NCBI GenBank assembly: GCA_944391215.1
Contig: CALXSR010000010.1
Coordinates: forward strand, 28,547 to 92,546
Source: an uncultured Clostridia bacterium
GTDB lineage: Bacteria; Bacillota; Dehalobacteriia; UBA4068; CALXSR01
Length of the DNA: 64,000 nucleotides
Direction: 5' to 3'
Shown: positions 37,488-47,675 of the stretch, one piece after another
Position numbering within the stretch: the first letter of the stretch is position 1
Layout of the letters: each line of letters begins with the position of its first letter
Made by a program: the position numbers and the translations under genes
The notes under the pieces: model-generated
Database searches by the model: none
What the model was told of the DNA's origin: nothing
Seen by the model: the letters and a program-made list of their open reading frames with translations, nothing else

Positions 37488-39385
37488 TATGAAAAAACAC
37501 CTTGTTTTTAACCAATATTTTTGTTTACGCCATTATTATCTTTGGCTTTATCATTACCTTTCTTATTAGTTATCATTCGAATAAGGGAATCTTTGAACAA
37601 GATATTGAATATATATCCACCTTCTTAACTGCGGAAGGGATTTATCACCGCATTGATTCCATTTTTACCAAACCAATTAATATTTCTTTGACCATCGCCA
37701 ATGATAATTTATTAAAAAGTTTTTTGGCCGAAGAGGAACAAGATGCAAATAATCCTTTTTTCAAAGACGATGCAAAACTATCTACACGCCTATAAAAAGA
37801 AATATCACTACGATTCCGTATTTTTAGTCTTCACCAAAACCAATCGCTATTATCATTTTAATGGGATCGATCGTATGATTACCCCTAATAATCCGGAAAA
37901 CGATTGGTATTATACCTTCTTAGAAAACAACCAAGAATATACTTTAAACATTGATAATGACGAAGCAGCTAATAATGAAATTACCGTTTTTATTAACTGC
38001 AAGCTAGAAGATAATGCCGGCAATATGATCGGCGTGGTTGGCATCGGTTTTCAAGTAGATTATTTACAAGAAATATTTCAACAATATGAAAAAGATTTCG
38101 GAATCAAAGCCTTTCTTGTAGATCAACAAGGAACCATTCAAATATCTACCCACCAAACAGGTTATCAAAAAACCGATTTGTTTTCTATTTGCCCTTACCA
38201 CCAATTAAAAAAACAAATTTTAGGTAGCCAGACAGGAGAGCAATCCCTCTGGGCCTCCGCCAACGGCTGGAACGGCTATTTGGTTACACATTATGTTCCG
38301 AATTTAAATCCGTATTTATCATTGAAAATGATACCTCTGCCATCTCTGCTGCCTTAAATAAGCAGTTCTATATCGGCGTGATGATAATTATATTTGTCAT
38401 TATTTTAGTATTATTTACCATAATCAGTATTATCCGCAAATATAATGCACAAATTGCGCGCTTAACTGTTACCGAAGAAAAAACATAATGCTATTTTCCA
38501 GACCGAAACAGAAAAAATTTACGAAAATATTTATGAAATTGACATTACCCATAACAGAGCCGCCTCCGAAGCAACAAAACAATATTTCTCTAGCTTAGGC
38601 ATACCTAAAAATACACCGTATGATCAGGCTTTACAATTTATTGCACAAAAACAGGTAAAAGAAGAATTCCAAGCCGGTTATCTTTTCACTTTCAGCCCAG
38701 AACATATTTTACAAGTTTATCAGGATGGAAAAGATACCCTAAGTTATGATTTTATGTTTACCAACGACAATGGGGAACATTATTACTGGATACGCATTAC
38801 CGTACGCATTTTCTATTGGGATGAAGATAAATCAGTAAGCATGTTCGTTTATCGACAAAATATTGACAGCAGCAAAAGACAGGAACAAGAAATGGTAGAA
38901 AAATGGAGAAAGACTCCTTAACCGATTTATATAATAAAGCGGCCACCCAAAAACATGTTCAGGAACTTTTAAGTAAAAACCCCAATGATTCTTTTGCTTT
39001 TTTCTTTTTAGATATTGATGAATTTAAAAAGGTAAACGACACATATGATCATATCACAGGCGATAAAGCAATCAGCGATTTTGCCAAAATATTGAAAAGT
39101 CAATTTATAGCAAATGGCATTGCAGGAAGAATTGGTGGAGATGAATTTGTTGTTTTTCTTGCTGTTCCCTCGCGCGAATGGACTGATAAAAAAGCCCAAA
39201 GTTTGATGTCTGCATTAAGGCATGATTTTATCACAGGCAATCAAATATGCAGAATCACTCCCAGTATTGGGATAGCTATTGCCCCACAAGCCGGAAAAGA
39301 CTTTGAAACATTATACCATAATGCGGACATTGCCTTATACCAAACCAAGCATAAAGGGAAAAATGGCTTTACAATTTATGAATAG
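37488..39385 (+). pseudogene. Sensor diguanylate cyclase (TM, Cache-like periplasmic domain, TM, PAS-like, GGDEF) disrupted by about five frameshifts or stops
   Basis: Consecutive ORF fragments 37488-, 37502-37795, 37743-38357, about 38300-38488, about 38490-38915 and 38903-39385 together encode one continuous architecture. The last fragment carries RIGGDEFVV (GGDEF). Four of five breaks are at homopolymer runs (T5 near 37500, T6 near 37760, A6 near 38480, A5 near 38910); the break near 38300 was not pinned to a run. RBS GAAGGTG before ATG 37488. Intact bidirectional terminator at 39400..39439. Confidence 0.65.
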
Positions 39386-39399
39386 CCCATCATTGAAAA

Positions 39400-39439
39400 A
39401 TAAAAAGGAGAAGCAAAGTTTGCTTCTCCTTTTTATTTT
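39400..39439. terminator. Bidirectional terminator between the GGDEF locus and the DUF4491-like gene
   Basis: aaaa aggagaagcaaa g tttgcttctcct ttttatttt. Confidence 0.75.
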
Positions 39440-39717
39440 CGGTTGGGATTTTTAGGAAACCAACCTTTTTTTACCCGTTCTTCCTGTTCTATTAACTCAT
39501 GAATACTCCACAAACACGAAAAACCAATTAAACCAAAAATACAAGCCACTTGCCAGGAATTAGCCCAAAGGGAAGCGAGCAAAAACAAAATACCCGATAA
39601 CAAAAAAAACGGCCAAACCTTTTTTCCCCAATAATATTCCGTTTTTATAACAATAGGATGGAAAATACCAATAATCAGAAAAGAAACGGCGCCTATGATA
39701 ATACCATTATAATTCAT
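39433..39717 (-). CDS. Small membrane protein (DUF4491-like), 94 aa
   Basis: Three predicted TM helices and a basic C-terminus. Family call tentative. Confidence 0.5.
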   Translation of the reverse strand: MNYNGIIIGAVSFLIIGIFHPIVIKTEYYWGKKVWPFFLLSGILFLLASLWANSWQVACIFGLIGFSCLWSIHELIEQEERVKKGWFPKNPNRK

Positions 39718-39728
39718 ATGACATCCCC

Positions 39729-40202
39729 TTACGCTTGCATATTACGCAACAAATTGGCCATTTCAATCGCCGAAACTGCCGCATCATATCCTTTATTGCC
39801 TGCTTTACTCCCAGCTCTCTCAATCGCCTGTTCAATATTATCGGTGGTAATAACGCCAAAAATGACCGGTTTGCCACTTTGCAAACTCACCTGCGCAATG
39901 CCTTTGGAAACTTCCGCAGCGACATAATCAAAATGCGGCGTATTGCCACGGATGACGGCCCCCAAACAAATCACAGCGTCATATTCTTTTGCTGCCGCCA
40001 TTTGGGCAGCCAAAGGAATTTCAAAAGCACCCGGTACTTTTATAATATCAACATCATTTTCTACATCTACGCTATGCCTTGTTAAAGCGTCCATAGCGCC
40101 AGATAACAATTTTCCCGTAATAAAATCATTAAAACGACTCACAACAATGGCAATTTTTAGCTGGTTGGCAACTAATTTTCCTTCAAATATTTGCATTTTC
40201 AT
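39729..40202 (-). CDS. ribH: 6,7-dimethyl-8-ribityllumazine synthase
   Basis: [21 protein letters not shown] and ICLGAVIRG... are canonical RibH motifs. Confidence 0.9.
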   Translation of the reverse strand: MKMQIFEGKLVANQLKIAIVVSRFNDFITGKLLSGAMDALTRHSVDVENDVDIIKVPGAFEIPLAAQMAAAKEYDAVICLGAVIRGNTPHFDYVAAEVSKGIAQVSLQSGKPVIFGVITTDNIEQAIERAGSKAGNKGYDAAVSAIEMANLLRNMQA

Positions 40203-40216
40203 TCCTCTTTCCTTTT

Positions 40217-41428
40217 TTATTTTCCAATTTCCGAGATATCTAATAAATGACCCATTTTATCTTGTTTGGTTTGCATATAAAAGGCATTTTTATCATTTGG
40301 AGGAATAATAATAGGCACCCGTTCCACTACCTTTAAGCCATAGCCTTCTAAACCATGTATTTTTTTGGGATTATTGGTCATCAAACGAATTTCTTTCGCA
40401 CCCAAGTCTACTAAAATTTGGGCTCCAATACCATAATCGCGCAAATCAGCCGGGAAACCTAATTTTAAATTCGCTTCTACAGTATCAAGTCCTTTATCTT
40501 GCAAATTATAACATTTTAATTTATTTACTAAACCGATACCGCGACCTTCTTGTCGCATATACAAAATAATACCGCGGCCTTCTTTTTCCACCATACGCAT
40601 AGCCGTTTGCAACTGTGCCCCGCAATCGCAGCGCAAACTACCAAAAACGTCTCCCGTTAAACATTCCGAATGCACCCTTACTAAAACCGGGCCCCCTTCA
40701 GCAATATCGCCTTTAACCAAAGCGATATGGTTTTCCTTATCTACGTCATTCCCATAAGCAATACAGCGGAAATTGCCAAAGGCAGTGGGCAATTCCACTT
40801 CCACCTGACGATGCACCAATTTATCCGTACGCATGCGATAAGCAATCAAATCCGCAACGCTAATTAAATGAATCCCATGTTTTTCAGCAAAAACCATTAA
40901 ATCCTTTACCCGGGCCATGGTACCATCCTCGTTTACAACCTCGCAAATAACAGAAGCGGGATATAAACCAGCCAATTTTACTAAATCAATAGAAGCTTCC
41001 GTATGTCCGGCCCTTTCCAAAACGCCGCCGTCTTTGGCCCGCAAGGGAAACATATGACCCGGCTTAATCATATCTTCTGGTTGGGTATTGGGGTCTATCA
41101 AAGCCTTTACCGTAGCCGCTCTTTCAAAGGCGGAAATGCCGGTTGTTGAATCTGGCCCATCTACCGATACCGTAAAAGCCGTACAATGACGATCATTATT
41201 TTTACTAACCATTGCCGGTAACTTTAATTCGTCCAAACGTGCACTAGTTAAAGGTACGCAAACCAAACCTTTGGCATGGGTAATCATAAAATTAATCGCC
41301 GCGGCATCCGCTTTTTCAGCAGCAATTACCAAATCCCCTTCTGCTTCTCTATTTTCATCGTCTGCGACAATTACCATTTTTCCGTTTTTAATATCGACAA
41401 TCGCTGTTTCAATATCTACAAAGCCCAT
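40217..41428 (-). CDS. ribBA: Bifunctional 3,4-dihydroxy-2-butanone-4-phosphate synthase / GTP cyclohydrolase II
   Basis: 403 aa. DHBP synthase N-terminal half (REAEGDLV) and GTP cyclohydrolase II C-terminal half (CDCG zinc motif). Confidence 0.9.
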   Translation of the reverse strand: MGFVDIETAIVDIKNGKMVIVADDENREAEGDLVIAAEKADAAAINFMITHAKGLVCVPLTSARLDELKLPAMVSKNNDRHCTAFTVSVDGPDSTTGISAFERAATVKALIDPNTQPEDMIKPGHMFPLRAKDGGVLERAGHTEASIDLVKLAGLYPASVICEVVNEDGTMARVKDLMVFAEKHGIHLISVADLIAYRMRTDKLVHRQVEVELPTAFGNFRCIAYGNDVDKENHIALVKGDIAEGGPVLVRVHSECLTGDVFGSLRCDCGAQLQTAMRMVEKEGRGIILYMRQEGRGIGLVNKLKCYNLQDKGLDTVEANLKLGFPADLRDYGIGAQILVDLGAKEIRLMTNNPKKIHGLEGYGLKVVERVPIIIPPNDKNAFYMQTKQDKMGHLLDISEIGK

Positions 41429-41440
41429 TTCTTTTCCTCC

Positions 41441-42082
41441 TTACAGAAAACCATTTTCCGCCAAAAAAGCATAATCTAAATTTTTCTTTTTTTCTTGTGT
41501 TTGACAAAATTTTTCCACATACTTTGCCAATAAATCTACCTCAATATTCACCGTAGCCCCTTGCCCTTTTAAACCTAACACCGTATTTTCTTTCGTATGC
41601 GGAATTAAAGCCACAGTAAAGTAGCTTTCATCTACTTCTGTTAGGGTTAAGCTGGTACCATCTATTGTAACAGATCCTTTTTTAACCATATAGCGTAATA
41701 AAGCGGCATCTGCTGCAAATTGATACTCCGTAGCAATATCGCGCAGTATTACTTTATTTATCATAGCGGTTCCATCAATATGGCCACTCACCAAATGCCC
41801 ACCTAAGCGGCCGCCCAAAGTCATGGCTCTTTCTAAATTTACTTTTTGTCCTATATGCAGAGTTCCTAAATTGGTTCTCGCCAAAGTTTCCGCCATCGCT
41901 TCCGCCGTAAAAGTATTTTTATCACAATTTACCACAGTTAGGCAAGCCCCGTTAACTGCAATGCTATCGCCAATTTTAGTATCCTGCAAAACCTTATAGC
42001 ATGCGATTTTTAATTTTGCCGAATATGCACCATGCTCTATTGCTGTTAACAATCCAATTTCTTCAACCAAGCCGGTAAACAA
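41441..42082 (-). CDS. ribE: Riboflavin synthase alpha subunit
   Basis: MFTGLVEEIG N-terminus, two lumazine-binding repeats. Confidence 0.9.
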   Translation of the reverse strand: MFTGLVEEIGLLTAIEHGAYSAKLKIACYKVLQDTKIGDSIAVNGACLTVVNCDKNTFTAEAMAETLARTNLGTLHIGQKVNLERAMTLGGRLGGHLVSGHIDGTAMINKVILRDIATEYQFAADAALLRYMVKKGSVTIDGTSLTLTEVDESYFTVALIPHTKENTVLGLKGQGATVNIEVDLLAKYVEKFCQTQEKKKNLDYAFLAENGFL

Positions 42083-42094
42083 AAAATCGCCTCC

Positions 42095-43213
42095 TCACCA
42101 TGTTTTACCATACGCGCTTATTAAAATATCTTCCCCAATTGGTTCTATTCTCATTTGTTTTAATTGTTTGGCTTGCGCCATACTGGGACAACCAGCCCCT
42201 TCCCAAAGACTGGGCGCTGCTGCCCCTCCCACTAATTTTGGAGCATAAAACAAATAGTATTTATCTACCAAATCTTGCTGTATAAAAGAGGTGCACAATC
42301 TAGGACCGGCTTCTACTAAAATAGATCGAATCCCCATTTCATATAACATTTGTAACAGATCCGGTAAAACAAAACCATCCGTTCCAGCCGGCATTGTACA
42401 AACGGTAACGCCTTTTTCTTTTAACGCCGCTTTTTTTATTTCTTCCTCGCTAGCTGTTATCAAGATAGTTTGGGCCTCCTGCACTTGCAAAATTTTTGCC
42501 GGCCAGGCAACTTTTAAATATCGATCTAACACAATCCGTTTGGGTTGCAACAAATTTTCTAAACGCACATTCATCTGCGGATTATCCTTCAATACCGTGC
42601 CGCTACCTGTCAAAACTGCCCCATATTGGTGGCGCAAATATTGACCATGCTTTCTTGCTTCTTCTCCGGTAATCCATTTACTACTGCCGTCTTGGGCTGT
42701 CATTTTTCCATCTAAGGTCAAAGCTGCTTTTAGCGCTACAAAAGGCCTTTTTTGCGTCATATTGACCATGAAAATCTCATTTATTTGTTGTGCTTCCTGT
42801 TCCAACAAACCACATTCCACAGCAATCCCAGCCGCGCGCAAAAGGGCAAGCCCATGACCGCCTACTTTTGGATTGGGGTCCTGCATACAGCAAACCACTC
42901 TTTGAATACCAGCTTTCATAATGGCATCCGTACAAGGCGGCGTTTTTCCATAATGACAACAAGGCTCCAAACTTACGTATAAAGTAGCGCCTCTAGCCAA
43001 ATCCCGCGCCTGTCGTAAAGCATGGATTTCAGCATGGGGGGTGCCCGCTTTTTGATGATAACCTTCTCCCACCATCCGACCATCTTTTACCACAACTGCC
43101 CCCACCATGGGGTTGGGTGCGGTAAAGCCTCTGGCTTTTTGCGCCAAACGCAGACATTCTCGCAACCAAAATAAATCGATTTCTTTTTTTTCCTGCTCTA
43201 GCATCTCAGCCAT
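42095..43213 (-). CDS. ribD: Bifunctional riboflavin biosynthesis deaminase/reductase RibD
   Basis: Deaminase HAEIHAL...PCCHYGKTPPC motifs and a reductase C-terminus. Start re-called to ATG 43213 (MAEMLEQ). The ORF-track 49-aa extension is translated riboswitch sequence. Confidence 0.9.
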   Translation of the reverse strand: MAEMLEQEKKEIDLFWLRECLRLAQKARGFTAPNPMVGAVVVKDGRMVGEGYHQKAGTPHAEIHALRQARDLARGATLYVSLEPCCHYGKTPPCTDAIMKAGIQRVVCCMQDPNPKVGGHGLALLRAAGIAVECGLLEQEAQQINEIFMVNMTQKRPFVALKAALTLDGKMTAQDGSSKWITGEEARKHGQYLRHQYGAVLTGSGTVLKDNPQMNVRLENLLQPKRIVLDRYLKVAWPAKILQVQEAQTILITASEEEIKKAALKEKGVTVCTMPAGTDGFVLPDLLQMLYEMGIRSILVEAGPRLCTSFIQQDLVDKYYLFYAPKLVGGAAAPSLWEGAGCPSMAQAKQLKQMRIEPIGEDILISAYGKTW

Positions 43214-43221
43214 ACGCACAC

Positions 43222-43425
43222 CTTCTTCTCTATAAAAAAATCCCCGTTCAACAACGGGGATAGATCGCATAAACAAGAAAAGCAACTTTAAAAAGCTACT
43301 TTCTCCTTCTTTCATCCAGACTTTTACTGTCGACTTCGGAATTACACCGAATCCTGCCAAATTTTGGCTCGCGGGTTATACCGCCGATAGGGAATTACAC
43401 CCATCCCCGAAGGCAAATATAGAAT
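43222..43425 (-). promoter_or_regulatory. FMN riboswitch (RFN element) with intrinsic terminator, controlling ribD-ribE-ribBA-ribH
   Basis: Minus strand: CTTCGGGGATGGGTGTAATTCCCTATCGGCGGTATAACCCGCGAGCC...GGCAGGATTCGGTGTAATTCCGAAGTCGACAGTAAAAGTCTGGATGAAAGAAGGAG matches the conserved RFN core. It is followed by a CCCCGTTGTTGAACGGGGATTTTTTT terminator. Confidence 0.9.
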
Positions 43426-43433
43426 TCTTTTTT

Positions 43434-43462
43434 ATTGTAATCACTTTTTTCTTATCTGTCAA
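43434..43462 (-). promoter_or_regulatory. Sigma-A promoter driving the FMN riboswitch and rib operon
   Basis: Minus strand: TTGACA, 17 nt, TACAAT, immediately upstream of the aptamer. The -35 box overlaps the rpe stop codon. Confidence 0.55.
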
Positions 43463-44139
43463 GGGCGCCAAGTTAACTCATTGGCTTGCTGCGCTTTTTC
43501 CCGCATTTCCTTTACGGCGTTACCGATATCTGCCGCACCAAAAATAGCAGAACCCGCTACCAGCACATTGGCCCCAGCTTCAACTGCTTGCGCAACATTT
43601 TCCAAACCAATTCCACCATCTATTTCGATATCCAATTCCCAACCTTCCAAAATCGCCAGTTGCCGTAATCGTTTTACCTTTTTTAGGACATTAGGAATCA
43701 TTTTTTGACCGCCAAAACCAGGGTTAACGCTCATCAATAAAACCATATCCACTTCCGGTAAAATATCCTCTAAAAGCCCCAAAGAAGTAGCAGGATTGAT
43801 GGCCACCGCCGCTTTTACCCCTAGTTCTTTTATATTTTGTATGGTACGATGCAAATGCGGGCACGTTTCTGCATGGACGCAAAGTAAATCTGCGCCGGCT
43901 TTCACAAACTCCGCGAAATACTGTTCCGGTTTTTCGATCATCAAATGCACATCAAAAAAAAGCCGGCTTTCTTTTCTTAAAGATTGTACAATAGCCGGTC
44001 CATAAGAAATATTCGGTACAAAATGACCATCCATAATATCCAAATGTAAATAATCTGCCCCAGCTTCTTCTATCAAAGCCACTTGTTGCCTTAAATTTCC
44101 CATATCCGCCGCCAAAAGCGAAGGCGCTATTTTAATCAT
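43459..44139 (-). CDS. rpe: Ribulose-phosphate 3-epimerase
   Basis: MIKIAPSLLAADMGNL...HLDIMDGHFVPN are canonical Rpe motifs. Confidence 0.9.
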   Translation of the reverse strand: MIKIAPSLLAADMGNLRQQVALIEEAGADYLHLDIMDGHFVPNISYGPAIVQSLRKESRLFFDVHLMIEKPEQYFAEFVKAGADLLCVHAETCPHLHRTIQNIKELGVKAAVAINPATSLGLLEDILPEVDMVLLMSVNPGFGGQKMIPNVLKKVKRLRQLAILEGWELDIEIDGGIGLENVAQAVEAGANVLVAGSAIFGAADIGNAVKEMREKAQQANELTWRP

Positions 44140-45016
44140 TTTCCCATCTCTCCTTCTGCTGCCGAATTTGCTCTAATAAGTACAAATACCGCTTATAACG
44201 TTCTCCATCTATTTGCCCTGCTGCCACCGCTTCTTTCACAGCACACCCCGGCTCTTTATCGTGCAAGCATGGTTGGAAACGGCAATGTTGCGCCAAAGGC
44301 GCAATTTCCCCAAAACCAGCTTGCAATTCCTCTTCTGTCATATGGGGTAATTCTAATAAAGAAAAACCCGGTGTATCAGCCAAAAAAGTATTCTCTTCAC
44401 CCAATGCTAAAAGCTGAGCAAAACGTGTGGTATGTTTTCCCCGGCCTAACTTATCACTAATTTGCCCTGTTTCTAAATGAACATCGGGAAACATCGCATT
44501 GATCAAACTCGATTTTCCTACACCGGAAGGACCAGCCAAAACGGTAGCTTTTCCAGATAATTCTTTGGATAAAAAGCCCCAACCAGCCATATCCGAGTTT
44601 ATATTACTATTACAAAATGCGCAATATCCCGCCTTTTGATAAATTTCTAATAGCATTTGCCCTTTTTGCGGCGCTAAATCACATTTGTTAAAACAAATAA
44701 TAGGACGAATATCATTTTTTTCATTCCATAATAATATCTTATCCAATAAAAGCATGTCTGGTTCCGGATCGCTCACAGCCAGAACAATTAAGCATTGATC
44801 AATATTGGCCATTTTAGGCCGTATCATTTCGTTCTTGCGGGGCAGGATTTCTTCAATTACCCCATCCTGTGCGCCAATCCTTTGTATTTTCACATAATCG
44901 CCCGGATAAATGGTGCCATTTCTTTTCAAGCTACCCCGAATACGGCAGGTATAGCTTTCCCCTTGTGCATAAACAAAATAGAAGCCGCCATACTGTTTTA
45001 ATAAAATACCCTCCAT
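44132..45016 (-). CDS. rsgA: Ribosome small subunit-dependent GTPase A (RsgA/CpgA/YloQ)
   Basis: OB fold, circularly permuted GTPase (GPSGVGKSSLINAM), C-terminal zinc-finger cysteines. 8-nt overlap with rpe. Confidence 0.9.
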   Translation of the reverse strand: MEGILLKQYGGFYFVYAQGESYTCRIRGSLKRNGTIYPGDYVKIQRIGAQDGVIEEILPRKNEMIRPKMANIDQCLIVLAVSDPEPDMLLLDKILLWNEKNDIRPIICFNKCDLAPQKGQMLLEIYQKAGYCAFCNSNINSDMAGWGFLSKELSGKATVLAGPSGVGKSSLINAMFPDVHLETGQISDKLGRGKHTTRFAQLLALGEENTFLADTPGFSLLELPHMTEEELQAGFGEIAPLAQHCRFQPCLHDKEPGCAVKEAVAAGQIDGERYKRYLYLLEQIRQQKERWEND

Positions 45017-45037
45017 GCCAATCCGTCCATTCCTATT

Positions 45038-46936
45038 TTAGGAAACCGGCTGTACGGAAACAACATTGCCGTCCACATAAACCGTTATTTCCCCGGTTCC
45101 GTAAAAATTCACATATTCACTAAATTTCGATCCAGTCGCCATTTGCTGGTTATATTCCTCATGGCTACCTGTATTATCATCTACCACAATACGCAATGTA
45201 TGCGTATTGCCGTCGTTGGGAATTGTATAGCTAACCAAAGCCGTTTTAGCAGAAGGCCCCGGCCCATTGCTTACTGTCAATACAATCTGGCTGCCTTTGG
45301 TACTCTCGCTATTTGCTTCTAAGCTTTGCGCTATCACCACGCCAGCATAGTAATCATTGCTGTCTTCTTTTTTCAATTCCCCTTCAAGCAAACCAATTTC
45401 CTTAATTTCCTCTCTAGCCTTTGTAAGTTCTTTTCCACGCAAATCCGGCACTGTAATTGACAAATCTTCTTCTGGTCCTTTGCTCACCAACACGCTTACA
45501 ATTACCTTATCCAAAACTTCCGTATTCCCAACGGGGTTTTGAGAAATCACCCGACCGGCCGGTACTTCATCATCGTATACCTCGCTAAAAGAGCCGGTGA
45601 ACATATTGTTATTCAAAGTAACTTCCGCCTCCCGCTTAAGCAATCCCGTTATATTGGGAACCACGAGCGGGTCCGGCCCACTGCTTAATACCAAACCTAC
45701 TACGCGATCTTTTTTCACAACCTGTCCACCGGCTATGTTCTGACTGATTACCGTATCCTTGGCGGCCTGATTATCAGACCGCCAATCTAAGGTATAGCCC
45801 AAATTATTTTTATCCAATTCCGCAATGGCAACTTCCTTAGTACTGCCTAATACATTAGGAACCGTTACCTCCTCGCCACGTGCCAAAGCCCTAAAAATGG
45901 TAAACATGGAATAAATCCCAGTAAAAATTAAAATGATTACCAGTGCAATAATAATCCATTTTACCCGATAGTCTATTATGTTTTTCGGATTACCCCGGCT
46001 ATTACGCCCACGGTTACGGGTATTATTCCGTCCATGGCTATTCCGCTCAGCAATCGACTTTTCTTCTCCGGTTTTGTTATGCGGCGCATCCAAACCCAAT
46101 TTCAGCAAACTAGCTCTCATTTCAGCCGCCGACGCATAACGAATATCCGGACTCTTACGCATAGCCCTTTGCACAATAAAGGAAAGTTCCATCGGCACCT
46201 CTCGATTCATACGGTGCGGTGGAAGAGCCTCGCCTTTCACATGCTGCATAGCGACATCGACAGGGGTTTTCCCCGTATAAGGTAATTTACCCGTTAACAT
46301 TTCATATAATACAACACCGGTAGAGTAAATATCCGATTTTTCACTAACCGGCAAACCTTGCACCTGTTCTGGAGACATATATTGGACAGAACCCACCACA
46401 TTGCCGCTCCGATCCAAATAATTTTGTCCCATATCGCTAATGGCCATGGCTATTCCAAAATCGGTAACTTTTACCACGCCTTCTTTACCAAATAAAATAT
46501 TATGTGATTTAATATCACGGTGAATAACACCATGGTTATGAGCATGTTCTAACGCATTTAAAATTTGCACAGTAACATCTACTGCCTGCTCAATTGGTAG
46601 CGGCCCTTTTTCTTTAATATATTCTTTTAAATTTGGCCCCTCTACATATTCCATAACAATATAATGGTAGGTATCTTCATACCCAACATCATATACGCTT
46701 ACAATATTATTATGAGAAAGACTAGCCACCGCTTGCGCCTCGTGGCGGAACCGGGCAACAAATTGCGGATCTTGCGCATATTCTTCCCTTAAAATTTTGA
46801 TTGTTACCAAGCGCCCCAATAATGTATCGCGGCCCATATAAACCAAGGCAGTACCGCCGGCGCCCAGCTTTTCTTTTATCTCGTAACGGTTGTTAAAAAC
46901 TTTGCCAATCATATTCTTCACCTCAAACCAAATCAA
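45038..46936 (-). CDS. prkC: Ser/Thr protein kinase PrkC/Stk with PASTA repeats
   Basis: Kinase domain (GAGGTALVY, HRDIKSHN, DFG), a TM helix, and three extracellular PASTA-like repeats. Confidence 0.9.
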   Translation of the reverse strand: MIWFEVKNMIGKVFNNRYEIKEKLGAGGTALVYMGRDTLLGRLVTIKILREEYAQDPQFVARFRHEAQAVASLSHNNIVSVYDVGYEDTYHYIVMEYVEGPNLKEYIKEKGPLPIEQAVDVTVQILNALEHAHNHGVIHRDIKSHNILFGKEGVVKVTDFGIAMAISDMGQNYLDRSGNVVGSVQYMSPEQVQGLPVSEKSDIYSTGVVLYEMLTGKLPYTGKTPVDVAMQHVKGEALPPHRMNREVPMELSFIVQRAMRKSPDIRYASAAEMRASLLKLGLDAPHNKTGEEKSIAERNSHGRNNTRNRGRNSRGNPKNIIDYRVKWIIIALVIILIFTGIYSMFTIFRALARGEEVTVPNVLGSTKEVAIAELDKNNLGYTLDWRSDNQAAKDTVISQNIAGGQVVKKDRVVGLVLSSGPDPLVVPNITGLLKREAEVTLNNNMFTGSFSEVYDDEVPAGRVISQNPVGNTEVLDKVIVSVLVSKGPEEDLSITVPDLRGKELTKAREEIKEIGLLEGELKKEDSNDYYAGVVIAQSLEANSESTKGSQIVLTVSNGPGPSAKTALVSYTIPNDGNTHTLRIVVDDNTGSHEEYNQQMATGSKFSEYVNFYGTGEITVYVDGNVVSVQPVS

Positions 46937-47646
46937 CCAATGGCCAAAAGAACGGTAATATTGTCATACCCGCCCCTTTTTAAAGCCATAGTTAATAGTT
47001 TTTCTGTCGCTGTTTTGGCATTTTCCGCCGCCAAAATAACTTGCAATAATTCTTCATCCGTCACTAGATTGGTTAAACCGTCTGTGCAAAGCAATAAGCT
47101 ATCTCCTTTTTGCCAATCGTATTTACGAATATCCACTTCCAGCCAAGGATCATTTCCTAAAGCTCTCGTTAAAATATGCCTTTGTGGATGGTTTTTAACT
47201 TGTTCTGCTTTTAATTCCCCTTTTTTCACCATATCAGCAACCAAGGTATGATCTTGTGAGAGCTGGGAAATATGCCCTTCCCGAACAAGATAAGCACGGC
47301 TATCCCCAACATGGGCAAGATACAGTTGCGATTCTGCTTTTTTTAACCAAGCCAGGGTTAAAGTAGTTCCCATGCCCTGGTATTCGCTTATAGCACGCGA
47401 TTTTTCAAAAACCATATTATTGGCTTTATAAAAAGCTTCCCGTAAAGCCTCTTCCGGCTCTTCACCTTCTGCTTCCAACAAAGATGTTAAGACGGTTTGC
47501 GCTGCCATTGCAGCAGCAATTTCTCCTGCTGTATACCCACCCATCCCATCGGCAACCAAAAAAATACCTTCCTCTTCCCGGTACAATGCGGCGTCTTCAT
47601 TATTTTTTCTTACCGCACCTACATGGGATAATATTGCGATATCCAT
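46933..47646 (-). CDS. prpC: PP2C-family Ser/Thr phosphatase PrpC/Stp
   Basis: MDIAILSHVGAVRKNNEDA...ADGMGG PP2C motifs. Start re-called to ATG 47646 with a GGAGGA RBS. 4-nt overlap with prkC. Confidence 0.85.
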   Translation of the reverse strand: MDIAILSHVGAVRKNNEDAALYREEEGIFLVADGMGGYTAGEIAAAMAAQTVLTSLLEAEGEEPEEALREAFYKANNMVFEKSRAISEYQGMGTTLTLAWLKKAESQLYLAHVGDSRAYLVREGHISQLSQDHTLVADMVKKGELKAEQVKNHPQRHILTRALGNDPWLEVDIRKYDWQKGDSLLLCTDGLTNLVTDEELLQVILAAENAKTATEKLLTMALKRGGYDNITVLLAIG

Positions 47647-47675
47647 GTTTTCCTCCGCTGATATTATTTCGAACT

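Noticed and set aside
43214-43360. N-terminal 49 aa of the ribD ORF-track entry (MAGFGVIPKSTVKVWMKEGESS...)
   Set aside because: This stretch is the FMN riboswitch aptamer read as protein. The real start is ATG 43213.
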